Shown piece by piece: positions 17,601 to 27,244 of a stretch of DNA of 64,000 nucleotides. The notes beneath the pieces were generated by a model. The model saw only the letters and a list, made by a program, of their open reading frames with translations. It had not been told where the DNA came from and made no database searches. The stretch is taken from positions 2,078 to 66,077 of the forward strand of contig CACWJZ010000012.1 in the NCBI GenBank assembly GCA_902761365.1. Reading direction: 5' to 3'. Source of the stretch: an uncultured Eubacteriales bacterium. Lineage in GTDB: Bacteria > Bacillota > Clostridia > Christensenellales > CAG-138. Position numbers and translations under genes: made by a program. Position 1 is the stretch's first letter; each line of letters starts with the position of its first letter.

Positions 17601-18039
17601 TCTTGGACAGGCCAAAGGGCAGCACCATGTCATTCCCCCTGCTGTCAGCATCGGCATACAGGACCACATACCCCCTGGCCGGGATCGGAAGGTTGGGGAG
17701 CCGATGCCCCTGAACCAATTCGTTTGCCTTATCCGTTAGGAAATAATCTTTGAGATCGACCTCCCGGTCGGATAGGTTGTGCAGCTCGATCCAGTCCGGG
17801 GAGCCCAGCGTTTTATTGGGATAAGAATATTTGTTGGAGGTCACCACCTCGTTGATGACGATGGCGCCCTCCGTAACGGCGTGTTGCGGAGGCTCCTGAA
17901 GAACAGACGCCATTGTCACACAGCCAAAGAGCCCCCACCAAAATGCGAAGGCCAATACCAGCGCGGCAATGCGAAGGGACCGTCTCGGAAGGGGACGGGT
18001 CCGCCATATGTGATGTAATTGGGTGCGTCTGTTCTGCAT
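14659..18039 (-). CDS. Secreted or anchored protein with four lamin-tail domains, an Fn3-associated domain and a CotH-family kinase domain
   Basis: Repeated INEV...DWIELHN...LTD...PTPG units; IRYTLDGSEP; C-terminal RGNQS..YPQKSF, LRNGSQD, NGTYYG and WRPVFYDID CotH motifs; N-terminal hydrophobic segment. Confidence 0.87.
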   Translation of the reverse strand: MQNRRTQLHHIWRTRPLPRRSLRIAALVLAFAFWWGLFGCVTMASVLQEPPQHAVTEGAIVINEVVTSNKYSYPNKTLGSPDWIELHNLSDREVDLKDYFLTDKANELVQGHRLPNLPIPARGYVVLYADADSRGNDMVLPFGLSKKGETLLLLDPTGNILDLVTIPALPQDVSYARRADGTFGYCQAPTPGAENDGEITDVCPESGERSAARPEEDRPKASGVSLRFSEVASNDLKDGAFGGDDWIELYNDGAADVSLHGFFLSDRADKADKAALPALTVPAGGYAAVPLGQGEGRVNLGISSDGETLYLFDGEKVLVDTLTVPALLSGQSWARSRDGAFGYCGAPTPGAANEDSFIGAEPLRPADESEPLRLNEALFRNTWSIIDSYGDHADFVELFNAGTEPVALGEYYLSDDFDRPMKWRCPDAVIRPGEYYLIFLTGRESTAFEVHAPFSVSDGDDGLQLFHRSNRTVQRLPWSDQVPKNTAMGLKPDGTILYYKYPTPGTANAAAVDDVSLLAAFPLTDVHISEVCASGEDWVELRNGSAEGCSLDSWYLTDSQMGEKREALFGTLAAGDYALVTPRAFGIAATGETLFLYDGEGHLRDVFETGDLSEGITSGRSLDGTAERVFFLAPTPQEANGTEYAIGRTPMPIVSDLSLYHAGPFTAVLRCADPGAVIRYTLDGSEPTAASTVYSEPIPVTGNVTIRAMAQAEGYLMSRTFTVTYLLREPHTLPVVTIACDPSQFKVFTQLKSIGRYPHTDAQITFYEADGTLGTAFPADINPRGNQSIKYPQKSFSIHLRNRLGQGSVNYPFWGLGTAADYGTLILRNGSQDYMKARLRDSFALRAVENLNLDSARTRPVIVYVNGTYYGIMDFNEGMNQDYLVTHFQVAPVKISHISTNSTVRYGKNDDFLRVRKFARENRFSDDAVLETFSQWVDVDYITDYLIAQTLFCNYDIKNQSYWATDDYAIRWRPVFYDIDRCFTDNSSRSNLFDGYFSKKGVVYDQAAGRVANMDLYAHLRDNAAWCDRFVHRYAELLTTEFSVERLQSLLDEMAATLRPEMAQHIALYGKPASMEEWEGYIASMRAEIALRHAAIQKQIRSQFHLSEVQWEEILREASRKDAGDP

Positions 18040-18097
18040 GGGACCTCCTGTACAGGTTCCGGCCCGGGTCAGGCGGGCCGGAACGGGTCGTATTGGG

Positions 18098-19045
18098 TCA
18101 GGATCGATACTTGGACAGCAGCTCCGTCACCGTCTCGAACAGCTTCGGCTTGTCCACTTCCAATGCGACAAGGGCGTTCTTGAAGGGGAACTGCTTGTCG
18201 GAATAGAGGTCGGTCACGGTCTTGCCGTAGGTGATGGTCCCCTTGGTCTCCACCACCACCCCCGCCTCCTCGGCGGAAAAGATGTGGGGGTACAGGGGAT
18301 AGAGCACGGCGGTGGGGTCATGGAGGGCCATGCCGTCGATGCCGTGGGCCTGGGAGTAGGCGAGGCCATGCTGGGCCGCGTCGCGAAGGAATTTGCAGAC
18401 GGGGTTCAGCTCGCCCAGCTTGTCCAGCTCCGCCGGGGACATGACGGTCTTCAGGGTCATATCGAGGCCGCACATGACGATGGGCACACCGCACTGGAAC
18501 ACGGTGCTGGCCGCCTCCGCGTCGCAAAAGATGTTGGCCTCCGCGGCCGGCGTGGCGTTGCCGTAGGTGGCGGAACCGCCCATGATGACGATCCGCTTCA
18601 GGAGCTTCGGCAGGGAGCCATGCTTGCTGAGGGCCAGGGCCACGTTGGTCAGAGGCCCGATGGCCACCAGCACCAGCTCGCCCTTCGCAGCCTTGGCCGC
18701 CTCATAGAGGGCGTCCCAAGCGGGCATCTGCTCCACAGGCGCGTCGGATTCGGGCAGGTCCACGTTGCCGAGACCGTTCTCCCCGTGGACAAAATAGGCC
18801 GTCCGAGGGGCGCGGAACAGGGGCTTTTCGGCGCCGGGGTACACGGGCACGTCCTTCCTTCCGAAGAAGGCGGTCAGGTTCCGGGCGTTGCGGAAGGTTT
18901 TGGAGAGCTCCACGTTACCGGCCACCGCCGAAATGCCTTTCACGTCGTACTCCGGTATGGCGAACAGCAGCGCCATGGCCATGGCGTCGTCCACGCCGGG
19001 GTCCGTGTCCAGCCAAATGGGGATGCGCGTTTCGTTGTCAATCAT
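18098..19045 (-). CDS. Nucleoside hydrolase (IUNH family)
   Basis: DTDPGVDD, GPLTNVA, MGGS, GNATPAAEANIFCD and LHDP motifs. Confidence 0.93.
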   Translation of the reverse strand: MIDNETRIPIWLDTDPGVDDAMAMALLFAIPEYDVKGISAVAGNVELSKTFRNARNLTAFFGRKDVPVYPGAEKPLFRAPRTAYFVHGENGLGNVDLPESDAPVEQMPAWDALYEAAKAAKGELVLVAIGPLTNVALALSKHGSLPKLLKRIVIMGGSATYGNATPAAEANIFCDAEAASTVFQCGVPIVMCGLDMTLKTVMSPAELDKLGELNPVCKFLRDAAQHGLAYSQAHGIDGMALHDPTAVLYPLYPHIFSAEEAGVVVETKGTITYGKTVTDLYSDKQFPFKNALVALEVDKPKLFETVTELLSKYRS

Positions 19046-19973
19046 AGGTCTTCACCGCCTCTACCAGCAGGTCCACAAAGGCCTGTCGATCGATGTTCAG
19101 GATGCAGGACGCGTTGGGGGCCTTGCCGGTCACGCCGTACCAGTCGCCCACGGTGGTGCCCTTGCAGAAATCGCCTGCTGTCTCCACCTGGACGTACAGA
19201 TCCTTGAAGGTCATGATCTCGGGCTTGATGAGGGCCGCCACGGCCACCGCGTCGTGGACAGGCGCGCCGGGATAGCCCAGATTCCGATGGAAGCCGTAGA
19301 AGAACTCCAGCCAGTCCGCCACCACCCGGGCCACCTGGTTGCCCACGGCCCGGATGCGCTCGAAGTCCTCGGGGAAGACCAGGGCCTTCTCCGTCACGTC
19401 CAGGCCCGCCATATAGATGGGGATGCCGCTCTCGAAGACGACCTTGGCCGCCTCGGGGTCCACCAGGATGTTGAACTCCGCCGCGGGGGTCCAGTTGCCG
19501 TAGGCGATGCCGCCGCCCATAAGGGAGATGCGGGCGATCTTGCTCTTCAGGTCCGGCCGGGTGAGCAGCAGCGCCGCCACGTTGGTGAGAGGGCCCGTGG
19601 GCACGATGGTCACAGGGTCCTCGCTCTCCTCGATGACCTTCTCCATGAGGGCGGGGGCGTCCAGGCCGCAGGGCGCGAAGTCCGGTTCCGGCAGCACCGG
19701 GCCGTCCAGGCCGCTCTTGCCGTGGACCGTGGGCACCACGATGGGCTCCGCCACCAGGGGCCGGGGCCGGCCCACGCCGAAGGGGGCGTGGTTGCCGATG
19801 AGGGTGCAGATCCGAAGGGCGTTGTAGGTGGTCTTCTCGATGGTCTGGTTGCCGCACACGGAGGTGACGGCCTTGATGTCGAGAAGGGGGCTGGACTTGG
19901 CCAGGACCCAGGCGATGGCGTCGTCATGGCCCGGGTCGCCGTCCAGAATGATGGGTATCTTCTTCGTCGCCAT
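19038..19973 (-). CDS. Nucleoside hydrolase (RihA/RihC-like)
   Basis: DGDPGHDD, VHGKSGLDG, GPLTN, GNWTPAAEFNILVDPEAA and PVHD motifs. Confidence 0.93.
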   Translation of the reverse strand: MATKKIPIILDGDPGHDDAIAWVLAKSSPLLDIKAVTSVCGNQTIEKTTYNALRICTLIGNHAPFGVGRPRPLVAEPIVVPTVHGKSGLDGPVLPEPDFAPCGLDAPALMEKVIEESEDPVTIVPTGPLTNVAALLLTRPDLKSKIARISLMGGGIAYGNWTPAAEFNILVDPEAAKVVFESGIPIYMAGLDVTEKALVFPEDFERIRAVGNQVARVVADWLEFFYGFHRNLGYPGAPVHDAVAVAALIKPEIMTFKDLYVQVETAGDFCKGTTVGDWYGVTGKAPNASCILNIDRQAFVDLLVEAVKTYD

Positions 19974-19976
19974 GCT

Positions 19977-20933
19977 TCACTTCTCCTCGCTGGCCTTGCG
20001 ATGGCGCTTGGCCCGGCGGATGGTGCTGGCCGCGTAGATCACGAGGCCGACGATGGTGACGATGTAGGGGATGGAGGCCACCAGGTAGTTGTAGCTCGCA
20101 AGCCCGGTGAGGCCCGTGACCTTGTTCTTGAGAGCCTGCGCCAGGCCGAAGAGGAGGCTCGAAAGCATGGCGCCCACCGGCTCGCCCCGGCCCATGGCCT
20201 GGGCCGCCAGCGCGATGAAGCCGCGGCCGGCCACCATGCCGGAGTTCCAGCCCTGGGAGTAGTACATGGACATGAACGCGCCGCCCAGGCCCGCGAAGGC
20301 ACCGGAGATGCCGATGGCGATGTAGCGGATCTTGTTGACGGACACGCCCACGCTGGAAGCGGCGTTGGCGTTCTCCCCCACCGCCCGGATGTTGAGGCCC
20401 AGGCTGGTCCGATAGAGGAGGATCCACACCAGCAGCACGCTCAGAAAGGCCACGTAGGTCAGGACCGAATGGCCGGAGAGCAGGCTCCTGAGCACCGGGA
20501 TCCTGTCGATCAGGGGGATGTTGATGGTGGGGATCAGGATGTTGGCGCTGGAGAGGGACCCGGTGTTGCCCTTCATGTGCACCAGCATGTTCAGCAGGAA
20601 GATGGTGCCGCCGCCGCCCAGCATGTTGACCGCGATGCCGGCCAGGATGATGTCGGTCTTCAGCTTCAGGTTGAAGAAGCCCATCATAAGGCCCAGCAGG
20701 ATGCCCACGAGCACCGCCATCAGCACGCCCAGGACCCAGCTCTGGGTCCAGTAGCTGACCAGCATGCCCAGCAGGGCGGAGATCATCATGGTGCCCTCCA
20801 AGCCGATGTTGGTGACGCCGGCCTTCTCAGCCACCACGGCGCCCAGCGCCGCGAAGAGGATGGGCGCGGTGATGCGGATGATGGAAAACAGGAAGTCCTC
20901 CGTGAGGACCATGCTCATTAACTGACTGAACAT
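19977..20933 (-). CDS. Nucleoside/sugar ABC transporter permease (NupC-like)
   Basis: EKAGVTNIGLEG, RAVGEN and AGRGFIALAA motifs; start at ATG 20933. Confidence 0.9.
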   Translation of the reverse strand: MFSQLMSMVLTEDFLFSIIRITAPILFAALGAVVAEKAGVTNIGLEGTMMISALLGMLVSYWTQSWVLGVLMAVLVGILLGLMMGFFNLKLKTDIILAGIAVNMLGGGGTIFLLNMLVHMKGNTGSLSSANILIPTINIPLIDRIPVLRSLLSGHSVLTYVAFLSVLLVWILLYRTSLGLNIRAVGENANAASSVGVSVNKIRYIAIGISGAFAGLGGAFMSMYYSQGWNSGMVAGRGFIALAAQAMGRGEPVGAMLSSLLFGLAQALKNKVTGLTGLASYNYLVASIPYIVTIVGLVIYAASTIRRAKRHRKASEEK

Positions 20934-22075
20934 TATGCTTTCCTCCCTTCCGCAGTCTTCATCAGGTCTGCCCGGGTGTTCTTGACGACCAGCTTCTGCC
21001 GATAGCCGGAGAGGAACTGCTCCGCGGCGAAGAACAGGAAGATGGCGGCCTGGATGATGTCGATCATCTCCGAGGGCACGTTGCAGTAAGTGGACATGAG
21101 GGAGCAGCCCTTGTTCAAATAAGCGATGAAGAAGGCCGCTAACGGTACGAATATGGGGTTGTTCTTGGCCAGGATGGCGATGGTCACGCCCGTCCAGCCG
21201 TAGCCCGGCAGCTCCTTCCACAGGAAGGTGTTGAACCGGCCCATGACCTCGATGCCGCCGCCCATGCCGGCCAGCATGCCGCCCACCACCTGGGAGAGGA
21301 CGATGGTCCCGCCCACCTTCATGCCGGAATACTTGGCGAAGGATTGGTTGGCACCGATCATGCGGATGGCATAGCCCCAGCGGGTCCGGTACATGAACAG
21401 GGCGGTGAGCACCACGAAGACCATGGCGATCACAAAGCCCCAGGTGAGCTTACTGCCGTTGGGGATGATCTCGCCGATCTTGGAGGTGGCCGCGAAGGGG
21501 AAGGTCTGGGTGGAGCCCTTGCTTCTGTCCGCGAAGTGGACGTTCAAAAAGTGCAGCACCACGTACATGATGACATAGTTCATCATCAATGAGGTGACCA
21601 TCTCGCTGGCCCCCAGCTTCACCTTCAGCAGGGCGGGGATCAGCATGATGAGAGCGCAGACCGCAGCCGCCACCACGATGCACACCACGGCATGGAGCCC
21701 CGTGTTCATCTTCAGGTAGATGCCGCAGAGGGCTGCCACGAAGCCGCCCGCCATGACGGAGCCCTCGCCTGCCAGGTTGAACTGGTTGGCGGAGAACATG
21801 ACGCAGGTGGCCAAGCCCGTGAACGTGATGGGAATCATGGCCGCCAGGATCTGGAAGAGGCCCATGGTGTTGAAGTCACCGGTCTTCTTGAACAGGGGCC
21901 CTATCAGCATGTAGCGCAGAGCTTCGCCCGTATTCTCCAGGCACTCCCCGAAGGTATAATGCTTCTCGGCCAGGGCGAAGGTCAGAAAGATGAAGACCGT
22001 GCCCACGGCCAGGGAAATAAGGATGGCCGCGGCGCCCCGAACGAAATTGAATAGGGTCATTCGTTTATCCTTCAT
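20933..22075 (-). CDS. Nucleoside/sugar ABC transporter permease (NupB-like)
   Basis: FNLAGEG, SEMVTSLMMNY, GYAIRMIGAN and GYGWTGVTIAILA motifs; start ATG 22075 (MKDKR). Confidence 0.9.
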   Translation of the reverse strand: MKDKRMTLFNFVRGAAAILISLAVGTVFIFLTFALAEKHYTFGECLENTGEALRYMLIGPLFKKTGDFNTMGLFQILAAMIPITFTGLATCVMFSANQFNLAGEGSVMAGGFVAALCGIYLKMNTGLHAVVCIVVAAAVCALIMLIPALLKVKLGASEMVTSLMMNYVIMYVVLHFLNVHFADRSKGSTQTFPFAATSKIGEIIPNGSKLTWGFVIAMVFVVLTALFMYRTRWGYAIRMIGANQSFAKYSGMKVGGTIVLSQVVGGMLAGMGGGIEVMGRFNTFLWKELPGYGWTGVTIAILAKNNPIFVPLAAFFIAYLNKGCSLMSTYCNVPSEMIDIIQAAIFLFFAAEQFLSGYRQKLVVKNTRADLMKTAEGRKA

Positions 22076-23633
22076 GACAAACCCTCCTGATCTCTTCTTC
22101 GCTCTGATGCTTGAGACCCAGCATGTACTCGCCCATGATCTCGTCGTTGATGGATGAGGTGTCCTCAAAATACGCGGAGATCTGGCCCCCGTAGAAGACC
22201 ATCAGGCTGTCGGAAAGCTCGATGACCTCGTTGAGGTCCGCGGAGACCAGCAGCACCGCCGCCCCCGCCCGAGAGAGCTCCACCAGCTTCTTACGAATGA
22301 ACTCCGTGGCGCCCACGTCGATGCCGCGGGTGGGCTGATCGGCGATGATAAGGATGGGATCGGAGGAGAACTCCCGGGCCACGACCACCTTCTGGATGTT
22401 GCCGCCGGAGAGCATCTTCACCTGCTGCTGGTTGGACTTGCAGAGCACGTCGAACTCGTCGATGAGCCGGTCGCTCTCCTGGTGGATGGCCCGCATGTTG
22501 AAGAGCGGACCGATATTGAACTTCTTCTTGTCGCACCGATCGGAGATCAAATTCTCCTCAATGGTTCCGTCCCCAGCGATGCCGTAGGTCATGCGGTCCT
22601 CGGGGATCAGGGACACGCCCATGGCCCGGATCCTGTCCTGATCCACGCCCAGGATGTTCTTGCCGTTGACCTCGGCGGTGCCGCCGTCGGGCTGGTTCAG
22701 ATTGAAGAGCATCTCCACCAGCTCGGCCTGGCCGTTGCCTTCCACGCCGGCGATGCCCAATATCTCGCCCTTGCGCACCGCGAAGGAGACCTTGTTGAGC
22801 ATCTTCCGGTTCCACTCGTTGGTGTATTCAAGGTCCTTCACCCGCAGCACCACATCCGTAGGCTGAGCCTGGTCCTTCTCCACGGAGAGGACCACGTCCC
22901 GGCCCACCATGAGGCGGGAGATCTCCTGCTCGGTGGTGTCCTTGGTGTCATAGACGCCCATGGACTTGCCGCCCCGGAGGATGGTCATGCGATCGGTGAT
23001 CTCCTTGATCTCCTTGAGCTTGTGAGAGATGAAGATGATGGTGTAGCCCTGATTCTTGAGGTGGATCAGCTCCTTGAAGAGCTCCGCCGTCTCCTGGGTG
23101 GTGAGCACCGCAGTGGGCTCGTCCAGGATAAGGATCTTGGCGCCCCGGACCAGGGCCTTCAGGATCTCCACCTTCTGCTTCATGCCCACGGGGATGTCCA
23201 TGACCTTGGCGTTGGCGTCCACGTGCAGGTTGTACTTCTTGGCGTACTCCTCCGTGATCTCCACGGCCTTCTTGTAGTCGATGAAGATCCCCTTGCGGGG
23301 CGGGATGCCCAAAACGATGTTCTCCGCCACGGTCAGGCTGGGCACCAGCATGAAGTGCTGATGGACCATGCCGATGCCGTGGGCGATGGCCACGGTGGGA
23401 GAAGTCAGGTGCACCTTTTCGCCGCGGACGTAGATCTCGCCCTCCGTGGGCTGTTCAAGACCGAAGAGCATCTTCATCAGGGTGGACTTGCCGGCGCCGT
23501 TCTCGCCCATGAGGGCGTGGATCTCGCCTTCCCGCACGTTGAAGTCCACGCTTTGGTTGGCGGCGATGCCGTTCGGATACACCTTGGTGATCCCCTTCAT
23601 CTGAACCACATATTCGGTGTTGGTCTTTTCCAT
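22065..23633 (-). CDS. Nucleoside ABC transporter ATP-binding protein (double NBD, NupA-like)
   Basis: GENGAGKST, ILDEPTAVLT, LSGGNIQK and PTRGIDVGA motifs; start ATG 23633. Confidence 0.93.
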   Translation of the reverse strand: MEKTNTEYVVQMKGITKVYPNGIAANQSVDFNVREGEIHALMGENGAGKSTLMKMLFGLEQPTEGEIYVRGEKVHLTSPTVAIAHGIGMVHQHFMLVPSLTVAENIVLGIPPRKGIFIDYKKAVEITEEYAKKYNLHVDANAKVMDIPVGMKQKVEILKALVRGAKILILDEPTAVLTTQETAELFKELIHLKNQGYTIIFISHKLKEIKEITDRMTILRGGKSMGVYDTKDTTEQEISRLMVGRDVVLSVEKDQAQPTDVVLRVKDLEYTNEWNRKMLNKVSFAVRKGEILGIAGVEGNGQAELVEMLFNLNQPDGGTAEVNGKNILGVDQDRIRAMGVSLIPEDRMTYGIAGDGTIEENLISDRCDKKKFNIGPLFNMRAIHQESDRLIDEFDVLCKSNQQQVKMLSGGNIQKVVVAREFSSDPILIIADQPTRGIDVGATEFIRKKLVELSRAGAAVLLVSADLNEVIELSDSLMVFYGGQISAYFEDTSSINDEIMGEYMLGLKHQSEEEIRRVCHEG

Positions 23634-23678
23634 ACTGCAAAACTCCCCTATTCGTTTGTCAGTGGGTCCAGCTTTGAT

Positions 23679-23712
23679 TAAAAATGAGGGGGAGCATTTG
23701 CTCCCCCTTTTC
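23679..23712 (-). terminator. Hairpin or terminator after the BMP lipoprotein gene
   Basis: AGGGGGAGCA-TT-TGCTCCCCCT stem with a T tract on the minus strand. Confidence 0.6.
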
Positions 23713-23757
23713 GGATGTGATTCTCGTTGGAGCGCGATCCGTTTTGTGGACGCCAAC

Positions 23758-24891
23758 TTACGGCATCATGGAATCACGCAGGGCCTCGGCGCCCTTGGAG
23801 GTGTCGCCGATGGCGGAGGGCACGGTGATCTTGCCGGAGGCAACGGCTTCCTGAGCCGCCTTCACCGCATCCTGCACGGCCTGGGGCGCGATGGCGGCGA
23901 AGTTCTTGTCGGTCACGATGCCGACGCCGCCCTCGTTGAGGCCCAGGTTGACTTCGGTGCCCCAGTGCTCACGGCCTGCATCCAGCTCGTCGATGAGCCA
24001 GACCAGGGAGTTGCCCACGTTCTTGAGGCCGGAGGTCAGGCAGACGGCGCGCTGGTCGGCGGGCAGAGTCAGCTCCTGATCGGAATCGACGCCGATGAAC
24101 CAGGCCTTGCCGGTTTCGGCAGCCGCCTCGGCAGCGCCGTTGCCGGACAGACCGGCCACGCCCCAGATGAGGTCAGCGCCGTTGTCGTTGATCATGGAGA
24201 GGGCCATCTCCTTGGCGGTGGCAGTGTCCACGTAGGAGTTGACGTACCGGGTATCCACCTTGACTTCAGGATCGGTGTCCTGAATGCCCTTGAGGAAGCC
24301 ATAGAGGAAGTCGTTGATGACGGGGGAATCCACGCCGCCCACGAAGCCGACGACCTTCTTGTCGTTGATGTTGGCCACGGAGGTCTGCGAGGTCATGGAA
24401 GCGGCGAACACACCGATGAGGTAACCCATGTCGTTCTGACGATAGGTGATGTTCACCACGTTCTTGTTCTCGCCCACGTAGGTGCTGTCATCATAGATGG
24501 CGAACTTCTGATCGGGGTACTTGGTGGCGACTTCCTTCAGGTAGTCAGGCATCTGATAGGTGCCGCAGACGATCAGATCGTACTCACCGGAGCCAGCGAC
24601 CTCATAGAGGGTCTCCAGCCACTTAGGCTGATCTTCGTCGGTGCCGCCCATCTCGATGGTCTTATGCTTGATGCGGCCCGCTTCTTCCAGAGCCTTCAGG
24701 CCGGACTCGGCGGAATCGAAGAAGGATTTATCACCCAGGTTGCCGTTGACCAGGTGGACGACGTTGTAGACCTTCTTGGTCTCGGCCGCGGGCTCGGTCT
24801 TGGGCTCTTCTGTCTTAGTTTCAGTCTTCTTGCAGGCTACGATGGAGAGGACCATCAGCAGGCACAGCACGATAGCGATGTACTTTTTCAT
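23758..24891 (-). CDS. BMP family ABC substrate-binding lipoprotein (nucleoside-binding)
   Basis: Lipobox IVAC; LGDKSFFDSA, GFVGG and IGVDSDQ motifs. Confidence 0.92.
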   Translation of the reverse strand: MKKYIAIVLCLLMVLSIVACKKTETKTEEPKTEPAAETKKVYNVVHLVNGNLGDKSFFDSAESGLKALEEAGRIKHKTIEMGGTDEDQPKWLETLYEVAGSGEYDLIVCGTYQMPDYLKEVATKYPDQKFAIYDDSTYVGENKNVVNITYRQNDMGYLIGVFAASMTSQTSVANINDKKVVGFVGGVDSPVINDFLYGFLKGIQDTDPEVKVDTRYVNSYVDTATAKEMALSMINDNGADLIWGVAGLSGNGAAEAAAETGKAWFIGVDSDQELTLPADQRAVCLTSGLKNVGNSLVWLIDELDAGREHWGTEVNLGLNEGGVGIVTDKNFAAIAPQAVQDAVKAAQEAVASGKITVPSAIGDTSKGAEALRDSMMP

Positions 24892-24981
24892 TCCTTTTTC
24901 CTTTCTCTTTGTTGTATTATGCGGCGGGCTGTTTCAGCTCACCACATATCAAGTGAATCATACCACAACCGACCGATGTAG

Positions 24982-25692
24982 TCAACTGTTCTCCCCTATA
25001 TATCCCTCCGGGTCCTCGCTGGCCCAGCGGGTGAACGCGCGCCTTCTTTTGCGCAAAAAGACGACCAGGATCGCGCCTAGAACCAGCAGTATGATCCCCA
25101 GGACCAGCAGCACCGTCACGCCGATGCTGTACCGCCCTTCCCGGGCAGAAACCGCCTTAGCGCCCTGGGCAAAACCCGCCCCGAAGGCGTCGGCATAGGT
25201 CTCATTGGCAGGGTCGGCGTAGGCTTTTTCGATGGCAGTCAGGAGCTGGGACACGTCCTCGTCGGTGAGGGCGCTCTCCGCCCCGGCCTCAGCGGCCAGG
25301 TAGTAGGTGCCCTCCTCCCACTCGTCGTAGACCACCAGCAGATGGTCCCCCTCGGCGAACAGGGCCTCGTACTGCTCTCGGGCGAAGAGGTCCAACTCCT
25401 TCGGCTCGACGCCGCTCAGGAGGGACAGGTAGGGCCTGGTCCCTGCCCGCTTCTCGAAGGCCTTCATGCCCCTGACCAGGGCCCTGTCATTGGGGATGAG
25501 CCCCAGATCGTCGGCGTACCAGCCCCCGTCCCACAAGGCGTCGCCCGCCAGGGGCGCAGCCTCCTCCGGATCCGGGCGCAGCAACAGGATCAGGGCCGCC
25601 GTCACCGCCGCCACCGCCACCAGGAAGAGCCCCAGCAGGCGGATCAGGCGGGCGCGCTGCCGCTTCTTTTTCCGAGCACTTCGTTTCGACAT
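24982..25692 (-). CDS. Membrane protein with two TM helices, possibly TPM-domain-like
   Basis: Basic N-terminus, TM, alpha/beta extracellular domain, C-terminal TM followed by RKRRR. Confidence 0.65.
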   Translation of the reverse strand: MSKRSARKKKRQRARLIRLLGLFLVAVAAVTAALILLLRPDPEEAAPLAGDALWDGGWYADDLGLIPNDRALVRGMKAFEKRAGTRPYLSLLSGVEPKELDLFAREQYEALFAEGDHLLVVYDEWEEGTYYLAAEAGAESALTDEDVSQLLTAIEKAYADPANETYADAFGAGFAQGAKAVSAREGRYSIGVTVLLVLGIILLVLGAILVVFLRKRRRAFTRWASEDPEGYIGENS

Positions 25693-25696
25693 GGGT

Positions 25697-26623
25697 CTAT
25701 ACCGCTCCCATCAACAGATTCAGCAACAGGTACACCAGAGGCGTGGTCACCACAGATAGCACGGAGGTCAGAGCCAGGCACTCCCCGGCCAGGATGCTGT
25801 TCTTGCCGTACCGGATGCAGAGCATCAGGGGGATGCTCCCGGCGGAGAACCCGGAGGACAGGACCACGATGGTGATGAGCCGGGGGTCCACCGGCAGCCA
25901 GAAGAGCAGCAGGGCCACCGCCGCAGGCAGCAGCAGCATCCGCAGGAAGGAGATCTTGTACACCATCAGGTCTTTGAGCCCCCGGCCAAGGTCCGCCCGG
26001 GCCACCACGGCCCCGGAGATCAGCATGGCGAGCGGGGTATGCATGGCGCACAGCTGGTTGAGGGGCGCGGCTACGACCTCCGGCACCAGCAGCCCCAGGG
26101 AGAAGCACACGAGACCCACGGCGATGGCGATGAGGGCGGGGCTCAGCAGCCGCTTCCCGGTATCGCGCAGATGCCCATGGTCCCCGGACATGACGATGAT
26201 GCCGTAGGTCCAGATCAGCACGTTGAACACGGTGATCATGGTGGTGAGGAAGAACACGCCCTCGGTGCCGTAGATGCCCGAGATGAGGGGGATGCCCATG
26301 AAGCCCACGTTGGGGAAGGCGCACACGATCAAACCTACCTCCCGATCCCGGCTGCCCTTGGGGAAGAACAGATGGGAGATCAGGATCATGGCCAGGAAGG
26401 CGGCCGCCGCCAGGGCAAAGCAAATGAGGAAATCCCGCAGGAGCCCCCGATCGAAGGCCCGCTGATAGGCCATGAACAGGTACACCGGCTGGATCACCTT
26501 CAGCAGCAGGTCCGTCAGCTTCTTCTCCGCCCCCTCGTCGATGAGGCCCAGCTTGCTGCACAGGAAGCCTATGGCCAGCAGGATCAGCAGGCCCAGCACG
26601 GTTTTCAGTATGGTCAGGATCAT
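25697..26623 (-). CDS. AEC (auxin efflux carrier) family transporter
   Basis: FPNVGFMGIPLISGIYG, SPALIA and TPLAMLISG motifs; about 10 TMs; start ATG 26623. Confidence 0.88.
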   Translation of the reverse strand: MILTILKTVLGLLILLAIGFLCSKLGLIDEGAEKKLTDLLLKVIQPVYLFMAYQRAFDRGLLRDFLICFALAAAAFLAMILISHLFFPKGSRDREVGLIVCAFPNVGFMGIPLISGIYGTEGVFFLTTMITVFNVLIWTYGIIVMSGDHGHLRDTGKRLLSPALIAIAVGLVCFSLGLLVPEVVAAPLNQLCAMHTPLAMLISGAVVARADLGRGLKDLMVYKISFLRMLLLPAAVALLLFWLPVDPRLITIVVLSSGFSAGSIPLMLCIRYGKNSILAGECLALTSVLSVVTTPLVYLLLNLLMGAV

Positions 26624-26777
26624 AGATACAGCAACCTTTCCTCCGGGTGTACCCCCAGTGTAAAGCCTCCTCCCCCTTCCGTCAACAAAACTTTGCATGA
26701 ATACCCATCTGATTTCACAATGGGTTCAAAATGATGCGCCATACTGGAGCCATCAAACGAGGAATGGGATGAGGAGC

Positions 26778-27203
26778 ATGAAGGAACGTTTGCGCAGGTT
26801 CATGGAGGGCCGCTACGGAGCCGACGAGCTGAACCGGTTTTTGACCATCTGCGGCTGGGTGCTGCTGCTGGTAGGATTCGTGCTGTCGGGGATCGACAAC
26901 AAGGCCACCCTGGCTGTGGGCTCAGTGCTGGTGGGCCTGTCCTGGGCCTTCCTCGTCCTCAGCGTGTTTCGGACCCTGTCGAAGAAGACCGGGCAGCGGG
27001 CCGCGGAGAACTACAAATACTTCGTCTATAAGAACAAGGTCCTGGGCTGGTTCCGCACCCGCAAGATCCGCTGGCAGGATCGGAAGGTCCACCGGTACTT
27101 CCGCTGCCCCCAGTGCCACGCCACCGTCCGGGTGCCCAAGGGCAAGGGCAAGATCCGCATCACCTGCCCCCATTGCAAACACCAGTTCGTGAAAAAGACC
27201 TAA
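26778..27203 (+). CDS. Conserved membrane protein with C-terminal Zn ribbon
   Basis: FMEGRYGADEL, two TMs and CPQC...RVPKGKGKIRITCPHC; GAGGAG RBS. Confidence 0.85.
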   Translation: MKERLRRFMEGRYGADELNRFLTICGWVLLLVGFVLSGIDNKATLAVGSVLVGLSWAFLVLSVFRTLSKKTGQRAAENYKYFVYKNKVLGWFRTRKIRWQDRKVHRYFRCPQCHATVRVPKGKGKIRITCPHCKHQFVKKT

Positions 27204-27244
27204 TGCCCTCAGGGCAGATCATTGGATGATTTGACGCTATCGCG

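Noticed and set aside
18098-24891. Tandem nucleoside hydrolases with a BMP-ABC transporter as a novel system
   Set aside because: A common nucleoside salvage operon.
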